From NCBI GenBank assembly GCA_963662405.2, contig CAXXKT010000001.1, positions 1,408,001 through 1,472,000 of the forward strand: a stretch of DNA of 64,000 nucleotides, read 5' to 3'. Positions 40,137 through 48,809 of the stretch are shown one piece after another (within the stretch, counting starts at the first letter, position 1; each line of letters starts with the position of its first letter). The position numbers and the translations under genes were made by a program. The stretch is from Syntrophales bacterium (GTDB taxonomy: Bacteria; Desulfobacterota; Syntrophia; Syntrophales; UBA2210). The notes beneath the pieces were generated by a model. That model was not told where the DNA came from. It ran no database searches and worked only from the letters and a program-made list of their open reading frames with translations.

Positions 40137-41231
40137 ATGACAGACGAACAGTATATGAAAATGGCCTTGAGCCTTGCCCGGAGGGGAGAAGGGTGGACGA
40201 GTCCCAACCCGATGGTGGGGGCCGTGATCGTCAGGGACGGGGTGGTCCTGGGACGGGGGTTCCACCGGCGGTTCGGTGAGGCACACGCGGAGGTAAACGC
40301 CATCGAGAGTACCGGCGGCTTTTCCCTCGAGGGCGCGACCCTATACGTGACACTGGAGCCCTGCTCCCACCATGGAAAGACTCCTCCCTGTGTCGATCTG
40401 GTTATCAAGGAAAAGCTGGCGCGGGTAGTGATAGGAGGGGTTGATCCCAATCCCCTCGTTGCCGGGAGGGGTATCAGCAAGCTCCGCGGCCACGGGATCG
40501 AGACGACGGTCGGGGTGCTGGAACGGGAGTGCGCGGATCTGAATGAAACGTTCTTTACCTACATGAAGACCGGCATCCCTTTTGTCACGCTCAAGTATGC
40601 CCAGACCATCGATGGAAGGATCGCCTCGTCAACGGGGCATTCCCAATGGATCAGCTCGCCCCCGTCGCTCCGATTCGCTCACCGCCTGCGGGCGAGGCAC
40701 GACGCCGTCCTGGTGGGGATCGGTACGGTCATGGCGGATGACCCGGACCTGCGGGTCCGTCTGGTCAGGGGGAGGAATCCCCTCCGTGTCGTTATCGATC
40801 CCACATTGCGAATTGCCATGGATGCGCGCGTTCTTGATAATCAGGATACCGCCGGAACGCTGATCGTGACCGGGCCGCTGTGTGCCGCCGATAAGCATGC
40901 CGTCTTGCGCGAGAGGGGAATCGAGACGCTGACTGTTGCGCAAGACGATACCGGCAGACTCGATTTGCCGGCGGCACTGAGAGAGCTGGGGAACCGGCAG
41001 GTATCATCGATCCTTGTCGAGGGGGGTGCGGGGATCATTACCTCCTTTGTGAAACAGGGACTCTTTGATCGTATGATCGTCATCAGTGCGCCCAAGATAT
41101 CGGGGAGGGGGATCGAGGCGGTGGGTGACCTGGGGATCTCGAGCATGGACCAGGCCATCACCCTATGGTATGAGCGCGTATTTCGAAGAGGGAATGATGT
41201 CGTTATGTATCTGAGGAGGGGGGAATCCTGA
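40137..41231 (+). CDS. ribD: Bifunctional riboflavin deaminase/reductase
   Basis: SPNPMVGAV, HAEV, VTLEPCSHHGKTPPC, SQWIS and VEGG motifs. Confidence 0.96.
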   Translation: MTDEQYMKMALSLARRGEGWTSPNPMVGAVIVRDGVVLGRGFHRRFGEAHAEVNAIESTGGFSLEGATLYVTLEPCSHHGKTPPCVDLVIKEKLARVVIGGVDPNPLVAGRGISKLRGHGIETTVGVLERECADLNETFFTYMKTGIPFVTLKYAQTIDGRIASSTGHSQWISSPPSLRFAHRLRARHDAVLVGIGTVMADDPDLRVRLVRGRNPLRVVIDPTLRIAMDARVLDNQDTAGTLIVTGPLCAADKHAVLRERGIETLTVAQDDTGRLDLPAALRELGNRQVSSILVEGGAGIITSFVKQGLFDRMIVISAPKISGRGIEAVGDLGISSMDQAITLWYERVFRRGNDVVMYLRRGES

Positions 41232-41232
41232 T

Positions 41233-41736
41233 ATGGCGTGGTATGCGGTCTATACAAAGAGCCGTTTCGAAGATCGGGTATATGCCGGACTGGTTCAGCG
41301 GTCACTGGAGCCCTTTCTTCCCAAGATAGAGGTGTGGAGCCGGAGAAAGGACCGGAGAAAGAGAATCAATATCCCCATGTTCTCCGGGTATCTCTTCGTC
41401 GATTTTCCCGAATATACCAACGAACGGAAGCTCAGCGTCCTTACTACACCCGGTGTCGTGAAGATGCTGGGGAGACCGAATAGTCACGAACCGGTCGCGG
41501 TCCCGAATACCCAGATCGATGCAATCAAACGGCTCATAGCCTCAGAGGTAGATATACAGCCCTGTTTTTACCCGAAGGAGGGGGAACGGGCAAGGATCGT
41601 GGACGGGCCGTTCAAGGGGATAGAAGGGGTGGTGCTGCGGGCCGATTACCGCAGACACCTCTTTATCGTTTCCATCGATCTGTTGCAGCGCTCCGTCGCC
41701 ATCACGCTGGAGGGGTTCCAGATAGAGAAGGAATGA
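41233..41736 (+). CDS. NusG-paralog antiterminator (UpxY/RfaH-like)
   Basis: WYAVYTKSRFE, WS.RK, PMFSGYLFV (NGN domain) and GERARIVDGPFKGIEG (KOW domain). Confidence 0.88.
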   Translation: MAWYAVYTKSRFEDRVYAGLVQRSLEPFLPKIEVWSRRKDRRKRINIPMFSGYLFVDFPEYTNERKLSVLTTPGVVKMLGRPNSHEPVAVPNTQIDAIKRLIASEVDIQPCFYPKEGERARIVDGPFKGIEGVVLRADYRRHLFIVSIDLLQRSVAITLEGFQIEKE

Positions 41737-41771
41737 GGATACGCCCCCGGTTGAGGGCCGCTCGACTCTCC

Positions 41772-42764
41772 TTACCGGGAATCTGAGCCTCTGAATGCCT
41801 TCATGGCCTCATCCACGAGAACATGCTCGCGTCCCTTGTATTTCGGCGAGAGGTGGAAGACGCGCATCTCTTTCACCCCCGCTTCCCGTGCGAGGATACC
41901 CGCCTGCCGCGCCGTCAGGTGGTATTTGTCCGCCGCTCTCTCGGCATCCTCCTCAAGAAAAGGGGCTTCGATAAAGAGGATATCGGATCCTCGCGCCAGA
42001 TCCACGATCTTTTGTGCGTTCCTCCTGCTGTAGACCGCATCGGCGATGTACGAGACCTTCCGCCCCGGCGTCGTCCTGACGATTCGCTTCAGCTCGCCAA
42101 GGGCAAGCTGCTTGGTGTCACCGTTGCGCATTCGTGCCTTGATCATGGTCCCATCCGGGGTCCCACCGCGGATATCGTCTTTCAGTTTGATCAGCCAGTT
42201 ACCGGGGGCGAGTCCCCCCGCTTCGAGGGCATTTTTCATGATGTTGATCTGTGTCTTTTCCTTCATCGCGAAGGCAAGGGAAGGGACCTTGTGGTCCAGG
42301 AAGGCGACCCGTACCGTGAAATGCTTCTCATCGGCGAGAGGGTCGGTGAGCTGTCCCGTGGTAGTCCCTTCCGCCCTGAAGCCGCCCTTGCAACTGTATC
42401 GCGTCTCCATCCGCTGTGTTTCGTTTATCTCGACCGACCGTATGACGAAATCGTTGGTATAGTTGTGAACCAGGTTCCACGTATAGGCGGCCAGCTTCCC
42501 CTCGACGTTCTTCGTGAATCCCGATGGACCGAAAAGCGTCAGGTGGAGATTCCTCCCGAGACAGATCCGCAGGAGATGATCGAAACCGATGAAATGATCC
42601 ATGTGAGTATGAGATATGAAGACATGACCGATCCTGAGGATCTGCCTCGGAGCGAGGGCGGAGAGCTCCCCGAGGTCGAAGAGGATCGCCTCATTTCGAT
42701 GCCTGAATTTCACGTATACCCCCGGGTCGGCTGAAGGGTTGTTGATCAGATGGACACTAAACAT
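41772..42764 (-). CDS. RNase Z/BN-like MBL-fold hydrolase
   Basis: FISHTHMDHFIGFD, DH and EAPF...HLTARQAG motifs. Confidence 0.82.
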   Translation of the reverse strand: MFSVHLINNPSADPGVYVKFRHRNEAILFDLGELSALAPRQILRIGHVFISHTHMDHFIGFDHLLRICLGRNLHLTLFGPSGFTKNVEGKLAAYTWNLVHNYTNDFVIRSVEINETQRMETRYSCKGGFRAEGTTTGQLTDPLADEKHFTVRVAFLDHKVPSLAFAMKEKTQINIMKNALEAGGLAPGNWLIKLKDDIRGGTPDGTMIKARMRNGDTKQLALGELKRIVRTTPGRKVSYIADAVYSRRNAQKIVDLARGSDILFIEAPFLEEDAERAADKYHLTARQAGILAREAGVKEMRVFHLSPKYKGREHVLVDEAMKAFRGSDSR

Positions 42765-42852
42765 GGTTTACTATAAACGAAGAGAGGAAAAGGTGTCAAG
42801 GCGGTGGAAAAACCTTGACACCCCGCGGGAGCGGTGAGGTATGATGCCGAAT

Positions 42853-43272
42853 ATGGGGGTATTCGTCGTTTCACAGAAAAAGGAGGAAGAGCTTTTCGCC
42901 CGTATGGAACAGCTGGGCATACGGGAGGAGGATCTCCGCGAGACCTTTGTCAGGGCATCCGGGCCGGGAGGGCAGAAGGTGAACAAGACCTCTTCCTGCG
43001 TCCTGCTCGTCCATGTCCCGACGGGTTTTTCGGTCAAGTGCCAGCAGGAGCGTTCGCGGGCGTTGAACCGGTATATCGCGAGACGCATCCTTGTCGACCG
43101 GATAGAGCGGGTACGGAAGGGGCGCGCCAGCCGTGAGCGGCAGAAGATCGAGAAGATACGGCGCCAAAAGAGGCGACGATCAAAACGGGCACAGGAGAAG
43201 GTGCTCCGTTTCAAGCATATCCAGTCCGAGAAAAAGACGCTTCGATCGAAGCATATCCATGAAGAGGGATGA
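42853..43272 (+). CDS. GGQ peptide chain release factor-like protein (ArfB/C12orf65-like)
   Basis: FVRASGPGGQKVNKTSS, KCQQERSRALNR and a very basic C-terminal tail. Confidence 0.88.
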   Translation: MGVFVVSQKKEEELFARMEQLGIREEDLRETFVRASGPGGQKVNKTSSCVLLVHVPTGFSVKCQQERSRALNRYIARRILVDRIERVRKGRASRERQKIEKIRRQKRRRSKRAQEKVLRFKHIQSEKKTLRSKHIHEEG

Positions 43273-43354
43273 TATTCGTGTATGGATCCGGGGATGTCAT
43301 ACCTGTAGGGGAACAGGTGCTTCTGGAGAGGGGTGTCACGGTCAGGAAAGAGAA

Positions 43355-43389
43355 AGGGGAAGGGACCCTTTTTATTCGTCCCTTCCCCT
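43355..43389. terminator. Hairpin between the convergent release-factor-like gene and atpE
   Basis: AGGGGAAGGGA...TCCCTTCCCCT. Confidence 0.6.
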
Positions 43390-43421
43390 GTTCGATGAAG
43401 CCTTCTGTTTCGGTGATGCCC

Positions 43422-43793
43422 CTATCCGGCCACGTACTTGATCAGCGGGTTGGCATAGAGGATGACCAGCGAGACGACCAGCGCGTAAATCGCGATGGAT
43501 TCCGTCATGGCCATACCGACGAGCATGGTGAGCATGATCTTGCCCTGGGCGTCGGGATTTCTGCCGACGGAATTCGCGGCACCGCCCGTTGCCTGCCCCA
43601 TGCCGCTTCCGGCACCGATCGCGCCAAATCCCATTGCGATAGCGGCGGCGATGACACTGCACGCGACTACCAAGGCCTTGTTGTTTGCCAGGGTGTCAGG
43701 TGAAGCATCGGCGGCGAGCGCAACGGCAGCTGTCACGAACAGAAATCCCACGGTGAGCATAAAAATGGTGATACCCTTCAAAGATTTTCTCAT
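43422..43793 (-). CDS. atpE: F0 ATP synthase subunit c with N-terminal extension
   Basis: GxGxGxG helix, RNP loop and MAMTESIAIYALV..LYANP. AGGGAAAAG RBS. Confidence 0.93.
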   Translation of the reverse strand: MRKSLKGITIFMLTVGFLFVTAAVALAADASPDTLANNKALVVACSVIAAAIAMGFGAIGAGSGMGQATGGAANSVGRNPDAQGKIMLTMLVGMAMTESIAIYALVVSLVILYANPLIKYVAG

Positions 43794-44011
43794 ACTTCTT
43801 TCCCTCCCGAATAATGTATTGGCCTGCCTTTCGAGATACCATCCTGCTCCAGACTCTCTTTATTCGCCGAAACAGGATTAACGCAAAATCACAGGCAAAT
43901 AGTATGTATCCGTTCGGACTGTCCGTGTCAAGCACTATTTAGAAAAAATTGTCACGGGACAGGTGGATATGATATGGACATGAAAAAGCGGGCATCAAGG
44001 AAGGGTCACGG

Positions 44012-44494
44012 ATGGTCGGAATGACGGATCAAGAACGGATCGTTGTACGGGCGGTGCAGGGAGATATCCCCCTTGGCGGAAGACCGTTTGCAACCATCGG
44101 CCGGAAGATCGGTATGGAAGAGGCCGAGGTCGTCGGGACACTGCAACGGTTGCAGGAAAAGGGATGTATGCGGAGATTCGGTGCCGTACTGCGGCATACC
44201 AGGGCTGGTTTCTCCGAGAATGCCATGGTGGTCTGGGCCGTACCGGAAGAACGATGCGAAGAGGTCGGCCGGTTCCTTGCGGGCTATCGTGAGATCAGTC
44301 ATTGTTACGAGCGGATGCCTCCCTTTGAAGGGGTCTATAACCTCTTCACGATGATCCATCTGGCCGGTAAAACCGATGGCGCGGATCGGATGGCATCGTT
44401 TGTTCGGGAGGTCTCGATCGCCAGCGGGATCGGGGAATACCAGGTCCTCAGGACGAGGAAAGAATTCAAAAAAAGCAGCATGGAGTATTTCTAA
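44012..44494 (+). CDS. ahbB: Siroheme decarboxylase beta subunit-like (AhbB/NirH, Lrp/AsnC fold)
   Basis: QGDIPL..RPF, RRFGAVLRH..AGF..NAMVVW, SHCYER, YNLFTMIH and EFKKSSMEYF motifs. Confidence 0.85.
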   Translation: MVGMTDQERIVVRAVQGDIPLGGRPFATIGRKIGMEEAEVVGTLQRLQEKGCMRRFGAVLRHTRAGFSENAMVVWAVPEERCEEVGRFLAGYREISHCYERMPPFEGVYNLFTMIHLAGKTDGADRMASFVREVSIASGIGEYQVLRTRKEFKKSSMEYF

Positions 44495-45754
44495 ATGGGC
44501 ATATCGAGAGAGTTGTTTCATGAGGCACAGCGGTACATTCCCGGGGGAGTGAACAGCCCCGTGCGCGCCTGCCGATCCGTCGGGGTCGATCCTCCCTTCA
44601 TAGAAAGGGCCGTGGGGTCGAAGGTGTACGATGCGGACGGACGGGAGTATATCGATTATATCGGGTCGTGGGGGCCGATGATCCTCGGACACGCCTTTCC
44701 GCCGGTGGTGGAGGCGATCAGGCAGGCCGCCGGAAGGGGGACAAGTTACGGTGCCCCGACCCGGATGGAGATCGAGATGGCTCGGCGCATCGTCGAGGCC
44801 CTCCCCTCGATCGATCTGGTCCGGATGGTCAGTTCGGGGACCGAGGCGGTGATGAGCGCGATCCGGCTCGCCCGCGGACACACGGGGAAAAACAAGATCA
44901 TGAAATTTGAAGGGTGTTACCACGGCCATGGTGATTCGCTCCTGGTAAAGGCGGGGTCCGGCGTGGCGACCCTGGGGATCCCGGGGAGTCCCGGTGTCCC
45001 CGAAGCCCTTGCGCAGTTGACGATCACCGTTCCTTACAATGATACCGAAGCTGCCGTAGCGGCGATTGACCGGCATGGGGACGATCTCGCCTGTGTCGTT
45101 GTAGAGCCGGTCGCCGGGAATATGGGCGTGGTACCACCGGTTCCGGGGTTTCTTGAGGGACTGAGGCAACATACCGCCGAACGGGGAATCCTCCTCATCT
45201 TCGACGAGGTGATCACCGGGTTCAGGCTTGGATACGGCGGTTTTCAGAATATGGTGGGGATTAGACCCGATCTCACCTGCCTCGGGAAGATTATCGGGGG
45301 GGGGCTCCCCGTCGGGGCGTTCGGCGGGAGGGGGGATGTCATGGAACGGCTGGCACCGCTGGGGCCGGTGTACCAGGCGGGGACCCTCTCGGGCAATCCC
45401 CTTGCCATGGCTGCCGGGATTGCGACACTCGACTCCCTCCGGGACCCGGGGATATACGAAGAGCTTGAAGAAAAGACCGCACGCCTGTGTGCGGGGATTG
45501 CCTCGATACTCCACGACCGTCAGATCCCCCACCGGATCAACCGGGTGGGGTCGATGTTCACCCTCTTCTTCACCGATCGGGATGTCACCGAATTTGCCTC
45601 GGCCGCGCAGGTCGATCAGGGGTTGTTTGTCGATCATTTCAGAAAGATGCTGACCGGCGGGGTGATGATCGCCCCGTCTCCCTTCGAGACCTCCTTCGTC
45701 TCGCGTGCGCACAACGATGAGGACATAGAGGCGACGCTGAAGGCATTCCTCTAG
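44495..45754 (+). CDS. hemL: Glutamate-1-semialdehyde 2,1-aminomutase
   Basis: [34 protein letters not shown] and [12 protein letters not shown] motifs. Confidence 0.96.
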   Translation: MGISRELFHEAQRYIPGGVNSPVRACRSVGVDPPFIERAVGSKVYDADGREYIDYIGSWGPMILGHAFPPVVEAIRQAAGRGTSYGAPTRMEIEMARRIVEALPSIDLVRMVSSGTEAVMSAIRLARGHTGKNKIMKFEGCYHGHGDSLLVKAGSGVATLGIPGSPGVPEALAQLTITVPYNDTEAAVAAIDRHGDDLACVVVEPVAGNMGVVPPVPGFLEGLRQHTAERGILLIFDEVITGFRLGYGGFQNMVGIRPDLTCLGKIIGGGLPVGAFGGRGDVMERLAPLGPVYQAGTLSGNPLAMAAGIATLDSLRDPGIYEELEEKTARLCAGIASILHDRQIPHRINRVGSMFTLFFTDRDVTEFASAAQVDQGLFVDHFRKMLTGGVMIAPSPFETSFVSRAHNDEDIEATLKAFL

Positions 45755-45830
45755 CCTTGCCTTTAGACATATGCCGTGACGGATAGACGGGAACAGAGAT
45801 ACCGGTGTCGGAAACAGCGGGCGACTGCGT

Positions 45831-48035
45831 ATGATACAGCAATCCGGAGAAAGAACACGGCTGGCGGGCCTTACCGACGCCATGGTCCTCTGCGGGATCG
45901 TCATTTTTTTATTCAGTTATTTTCGTCCCGAATACCTCTTTTCCCTGACGACGACGACCGGGGGGGATACGGGTTCCCATTTTGCTGCGGCGCAATACCT
46001 GCGCGATGTTCTCCTCCCGCAGGGGCGTGTTTCCGGTTGGACGATGGGGAACTGCGCCGGGTTTCCCCTGTTTCAGTTTTATTTTCCCTTTCCCTTTGTC
46101 CTGATGGCCCTCCTCGGGGCGATGATTCCGCTCCAGATCGCCTTTAAACTGATCACTATCCTGGGGGTAGTGACCCTTCCCCTGTGCTGCTACACCGTGC
46201 TTCGCCTCATGGATCAGAGATTCCCCGTCCCCTCTGCCGGTGCGGTCTTTTCCCTCTGTTTCCTCTTTATGGAGGCGAACTCCATGTGGGGAGGAAATAT
46301 CCTCAGCACCCTTGCCGGTGAGTTTGCCTACGGTATCGGCTTGTCTCTCGCCGTTCTCTTTGCGGGGACGCTCTATCGGGGGGTCCGTGACGGCGGATAC
46401 CTGGTGCTGAACGCCGTCCTCCTCTTCCTCATCGGATTCAGCCACGGGTATGCCCTCCTCTTCGCCGTCGGGATGTCGGCCTTCTTTCTCTTCGATAGAT
46501 CCTCGTTCCTGAAGAACGGCATCTACCTCTTAAAGGTGCACACCCTGGGATTTTTCCTCCTCGGATTCTGGCTGCTCCCCCTGCTTGGTAATATGGGGTA
46601 TACGACGGCCTATGCCGACCGGTGGTTTATCCGGTCGATCCGGGAGGTCTTTCCGCCCATCCTCTGGCCTCCCATTGCCTTGGCCGTGGCGGGTCTTTTG
46701 ATATCAATTTCCCGTATCAGGCGAACAAGAGGGATGGAGATGTTCCGTACCGGATCGGGAAAAGCGGTGACCTTTTGTCTCTATGTGTTGGTCTTGTGCG
46801 GGGCGTGTTACGCCGTCGCCCCGCGAATCGGTATCGTCGATATTCGGTTTCTCCCCTTCACGCAGATATTTCTGATGTTGATGGGAGCGATCGGTCTCGG
46901 TGTCCTGGCTCGACCGCTGAAACAGTCGTGGGTGGTGCCGCTGGTTGCCCTCGCCTGTATCCTTCCATTCGTCAGCCACCTTGAAAAAAAGGCGACGCTG
47001 TGGATACCCTGGAATTACAACGGTTTTGAGGCAAAAGGCCTCTGGCCGGCCTTCAGCATGGTGAACGGACACCTCACGGGGACGGTCGGCGACTCGCGGG
47101 TAGTGTACGAACATTCCTCACTGCACAATGGAGCGGGGACCCCGCGGGCCTTCGAGTCCCTCCCTCTCTTCGCCGGGCGGTCGACACTGGAGGGCCTGTA
47201 CATGCAGTCTTCTCCGTCTTCCCCCTTTGTTTTCTATATCCAATCCGAAATCTCGAAGGAGTCGTCGCGCCCCTTTCCGCAGTATCGGTATTCGGACATC
47301 GACCTCGTGGACGGGGTCGAGCACCTCAAACTGTTCAATGTCGGCGATTTTATCGTGATCAGTAACGAGATCAGGGAGCGGATACGAGAACTCCCCGATT
47401 TTCGGCTGAAGGAGGTTATACCTCCCTACAGCATCTATGAGGTGACGACAAATACGAACCGGTACGTTACCCCCTTGGAATTCGAGCCGATATTATGTAC
47501 CGCTCGTGACTGGAAGCAGGTCTCCTTCCGGTGGTTCGAGACCTACCGAGAGAACAGGGGCGTTCACCTCGTATTCGATTCGGGAGGAGGGGTCAACAGG
47601 TCGCGATTCTCGACGGTGATCGCTTCATTCCCCCCTCCCGTAGCGGAGGGGTGCGCCGATGAGGCGGAGACGTCTCTGTCGCTCCCCCGGATCCCCCTTG
47701 GTAGAAACTGTACGGTCACTGAAGAAATCAGGAACGAGGAGATCCTCATCCGGACGTCCGATCCGGGTGTACCCCTGCTGATCAAGGTTTCCTACCATCC
47801 AAACTGGAAGGTGGAGGGGGCGCCGGAGATCTACCATGTTTCCCCTTCATTCATGCTGGTATATCCCGATCGGCATGCCGTGCGTCTCTTTTACGGGAAA
47901 ACCGGTTGGGATTACCTCGGGTATTTCCTAACCGGTGCCGGGGTTATCGTTGTTTTGCTGATCGGGGGGATGGAAATGAGAAAGGAGAAAAAGGGGCGTG
48001 GCGGTCAATCCAGGGAAGAAAAAGAGGAACGATAA
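45831..48035 (+). CDS. Polytopic membrane protein, PTPS-related/GT-C-like
   Basis: TM1 followed by GGDTGSH, W...AGFPLFQFYFP, ~11 TM helices, an extracytoplasmic domain with SYHPNWK and a final TM helix. Confidence 0.75.
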   Translation: MIQQSGERTRLAGLTDAMVLCGIVIFLFSYFRPEYLFSLTTTTGGDTGSHFAAAQYLRDVLLPQGRVSGWTMGNCAGFPLFQFYFPFPFVLMALLGAMIPLQIAFKLITILGVVTLPLCCYTVLRLMDQRFPVPSAGAVFSLCFLFMEANSMWGGNILSTLAGEFAYGIGLSLAVLFAGTLYRGVRDGGYLVLNAVLLFLIGFSHGYALLFAVGMSAFFLFDRSSFLKNGIYLLKVHTLGFFLLGFWLLPLLGNMGYTTAYADRWFIRSIREVFPPILWPPIALAVAGLLISISRIRRTRGMEMFRTGSGKAVTFCLYVLVLCGACYAVAPRIGIVDIRFLPFTQIFLMLMGAIGLGVLARPLKQSWVVPLVALACILPFVSHLEKKATLWIPWNYNGFEAKGLWPAFSMVNGHLTGTVGDSRVVYEHSSLHNGAGTPRAFESLPLFAGRSTLEGLYMQSSPSSPFVFYIQSEISKESSRPFPQYRYSDIDLVDGVEHLKLFNVGDFIVISNEIRERIRELPDFRLKEVIPPYSIYEVTTNTNRYVTPLEFEPILCTARDWKQVSFRWFETYRENRGVHLVFDSGGGVNRSRFSTVIASFPPPVAEGCADEAETSLSLPRIPLGRNCTVTEEIRNEEILIRTSDPGVPLLIKVSYHPNWKVEGAPEIYHVSPSFMLVYPDRHAVRLFYGKTGWDYLGYFLTGAGVIVVLLIGGMEMRKEKKGRGGQSREEKEER

Positions 48036-48723
48036 CATCCCCTCAGTGGCTCTCATTGTCCCCGTCTACAATGAGGGGAAGATCCTGTCGGACAGCACCC
48101 GGCGACTCATATCGTATCTGGATACGGTTTTGCCCGGATCCGAGATCATCATTGTGAGCAATGGATCCACGGATGAGACGGTGGAGATCGGAGAACAGAT
48201 GGCTGCGGTGTACCCGACAATCACTTTTTCCCGGACTGATAAACGGGGCGTGGGGTATGCCTTCCGGCTGGGTATGTCGCTGACTGAAGCCGAAAAGATC
48301 ATCACCGTTGATGCCGATCTGACGACCGACCTCGATTTTATCCCCCGTGCCTACGGCCTCTTGGACAGGTACGATATCGTGATCGGCTCGAAACGGATGG
48401 GTTCTCAGGAACGCTCACCGATCAGGATCGCCGGGAGTGCCCTGTATCTTTATTGTGTCAGGACGTTGCTCGACCTTCCTTTCGGGGATTATTCGATCGG
48501 TGCAAAGGCATACCGAAGGGAAATCGTCATCCGGCACCTCGGCTGTGTTGCTGGCGGGTCTTCATATGTCCTCGATATTATATATAAGTCATCGAGCGAT
48601 GGGGCGCGGATTACGGAGATTCCCGTCCGGTGCAGCGATATGAGAAAAAGCCACTTCAGCCTCATTCACGAGGGGGTATATCGGTTGTACCGCCTCTTCG
48701 GCGTGTGGCGCCGAAAAGAATAA
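47998..48723 (+). CDS. Glycosyltransferase family 2 (polyprenol-phosphate sugar synthase-like)
   Basis: IVPVYNE, NGSTDET, G.G.A and TVDADL motifs. Confidence 0.88.
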   Translation: MAVNPGKKKRNDNIPSVALIVPVYNEGKILSDSTRRLISYLDTVLPGSEIIIVSNGSTDETVEIGEQMAAVYPTITFSRTDKRGVGYAFRLGMSLTEAEKIITVDADLTTDLDFIPRAYGLLDRYDIVIGSKRMGSQERSPIRIAGSALYLYCVRTLLDLPFGDYSIGAKAYRREIVIRHLGCVAGGSSYVLDIIYKSSSDGARITEIPVRCSDMRKSHFSLIHEGVYRLYRLFGVWRRKE

Positions 48724-48809
48724 GGCATTACCCCCGTCGCCGGGAGATGCCCCCGGTATGCGGGGAAGGGGATCCTCGGTCATATGATCTTCCGGAGGCG
48801 GGAATCAAA

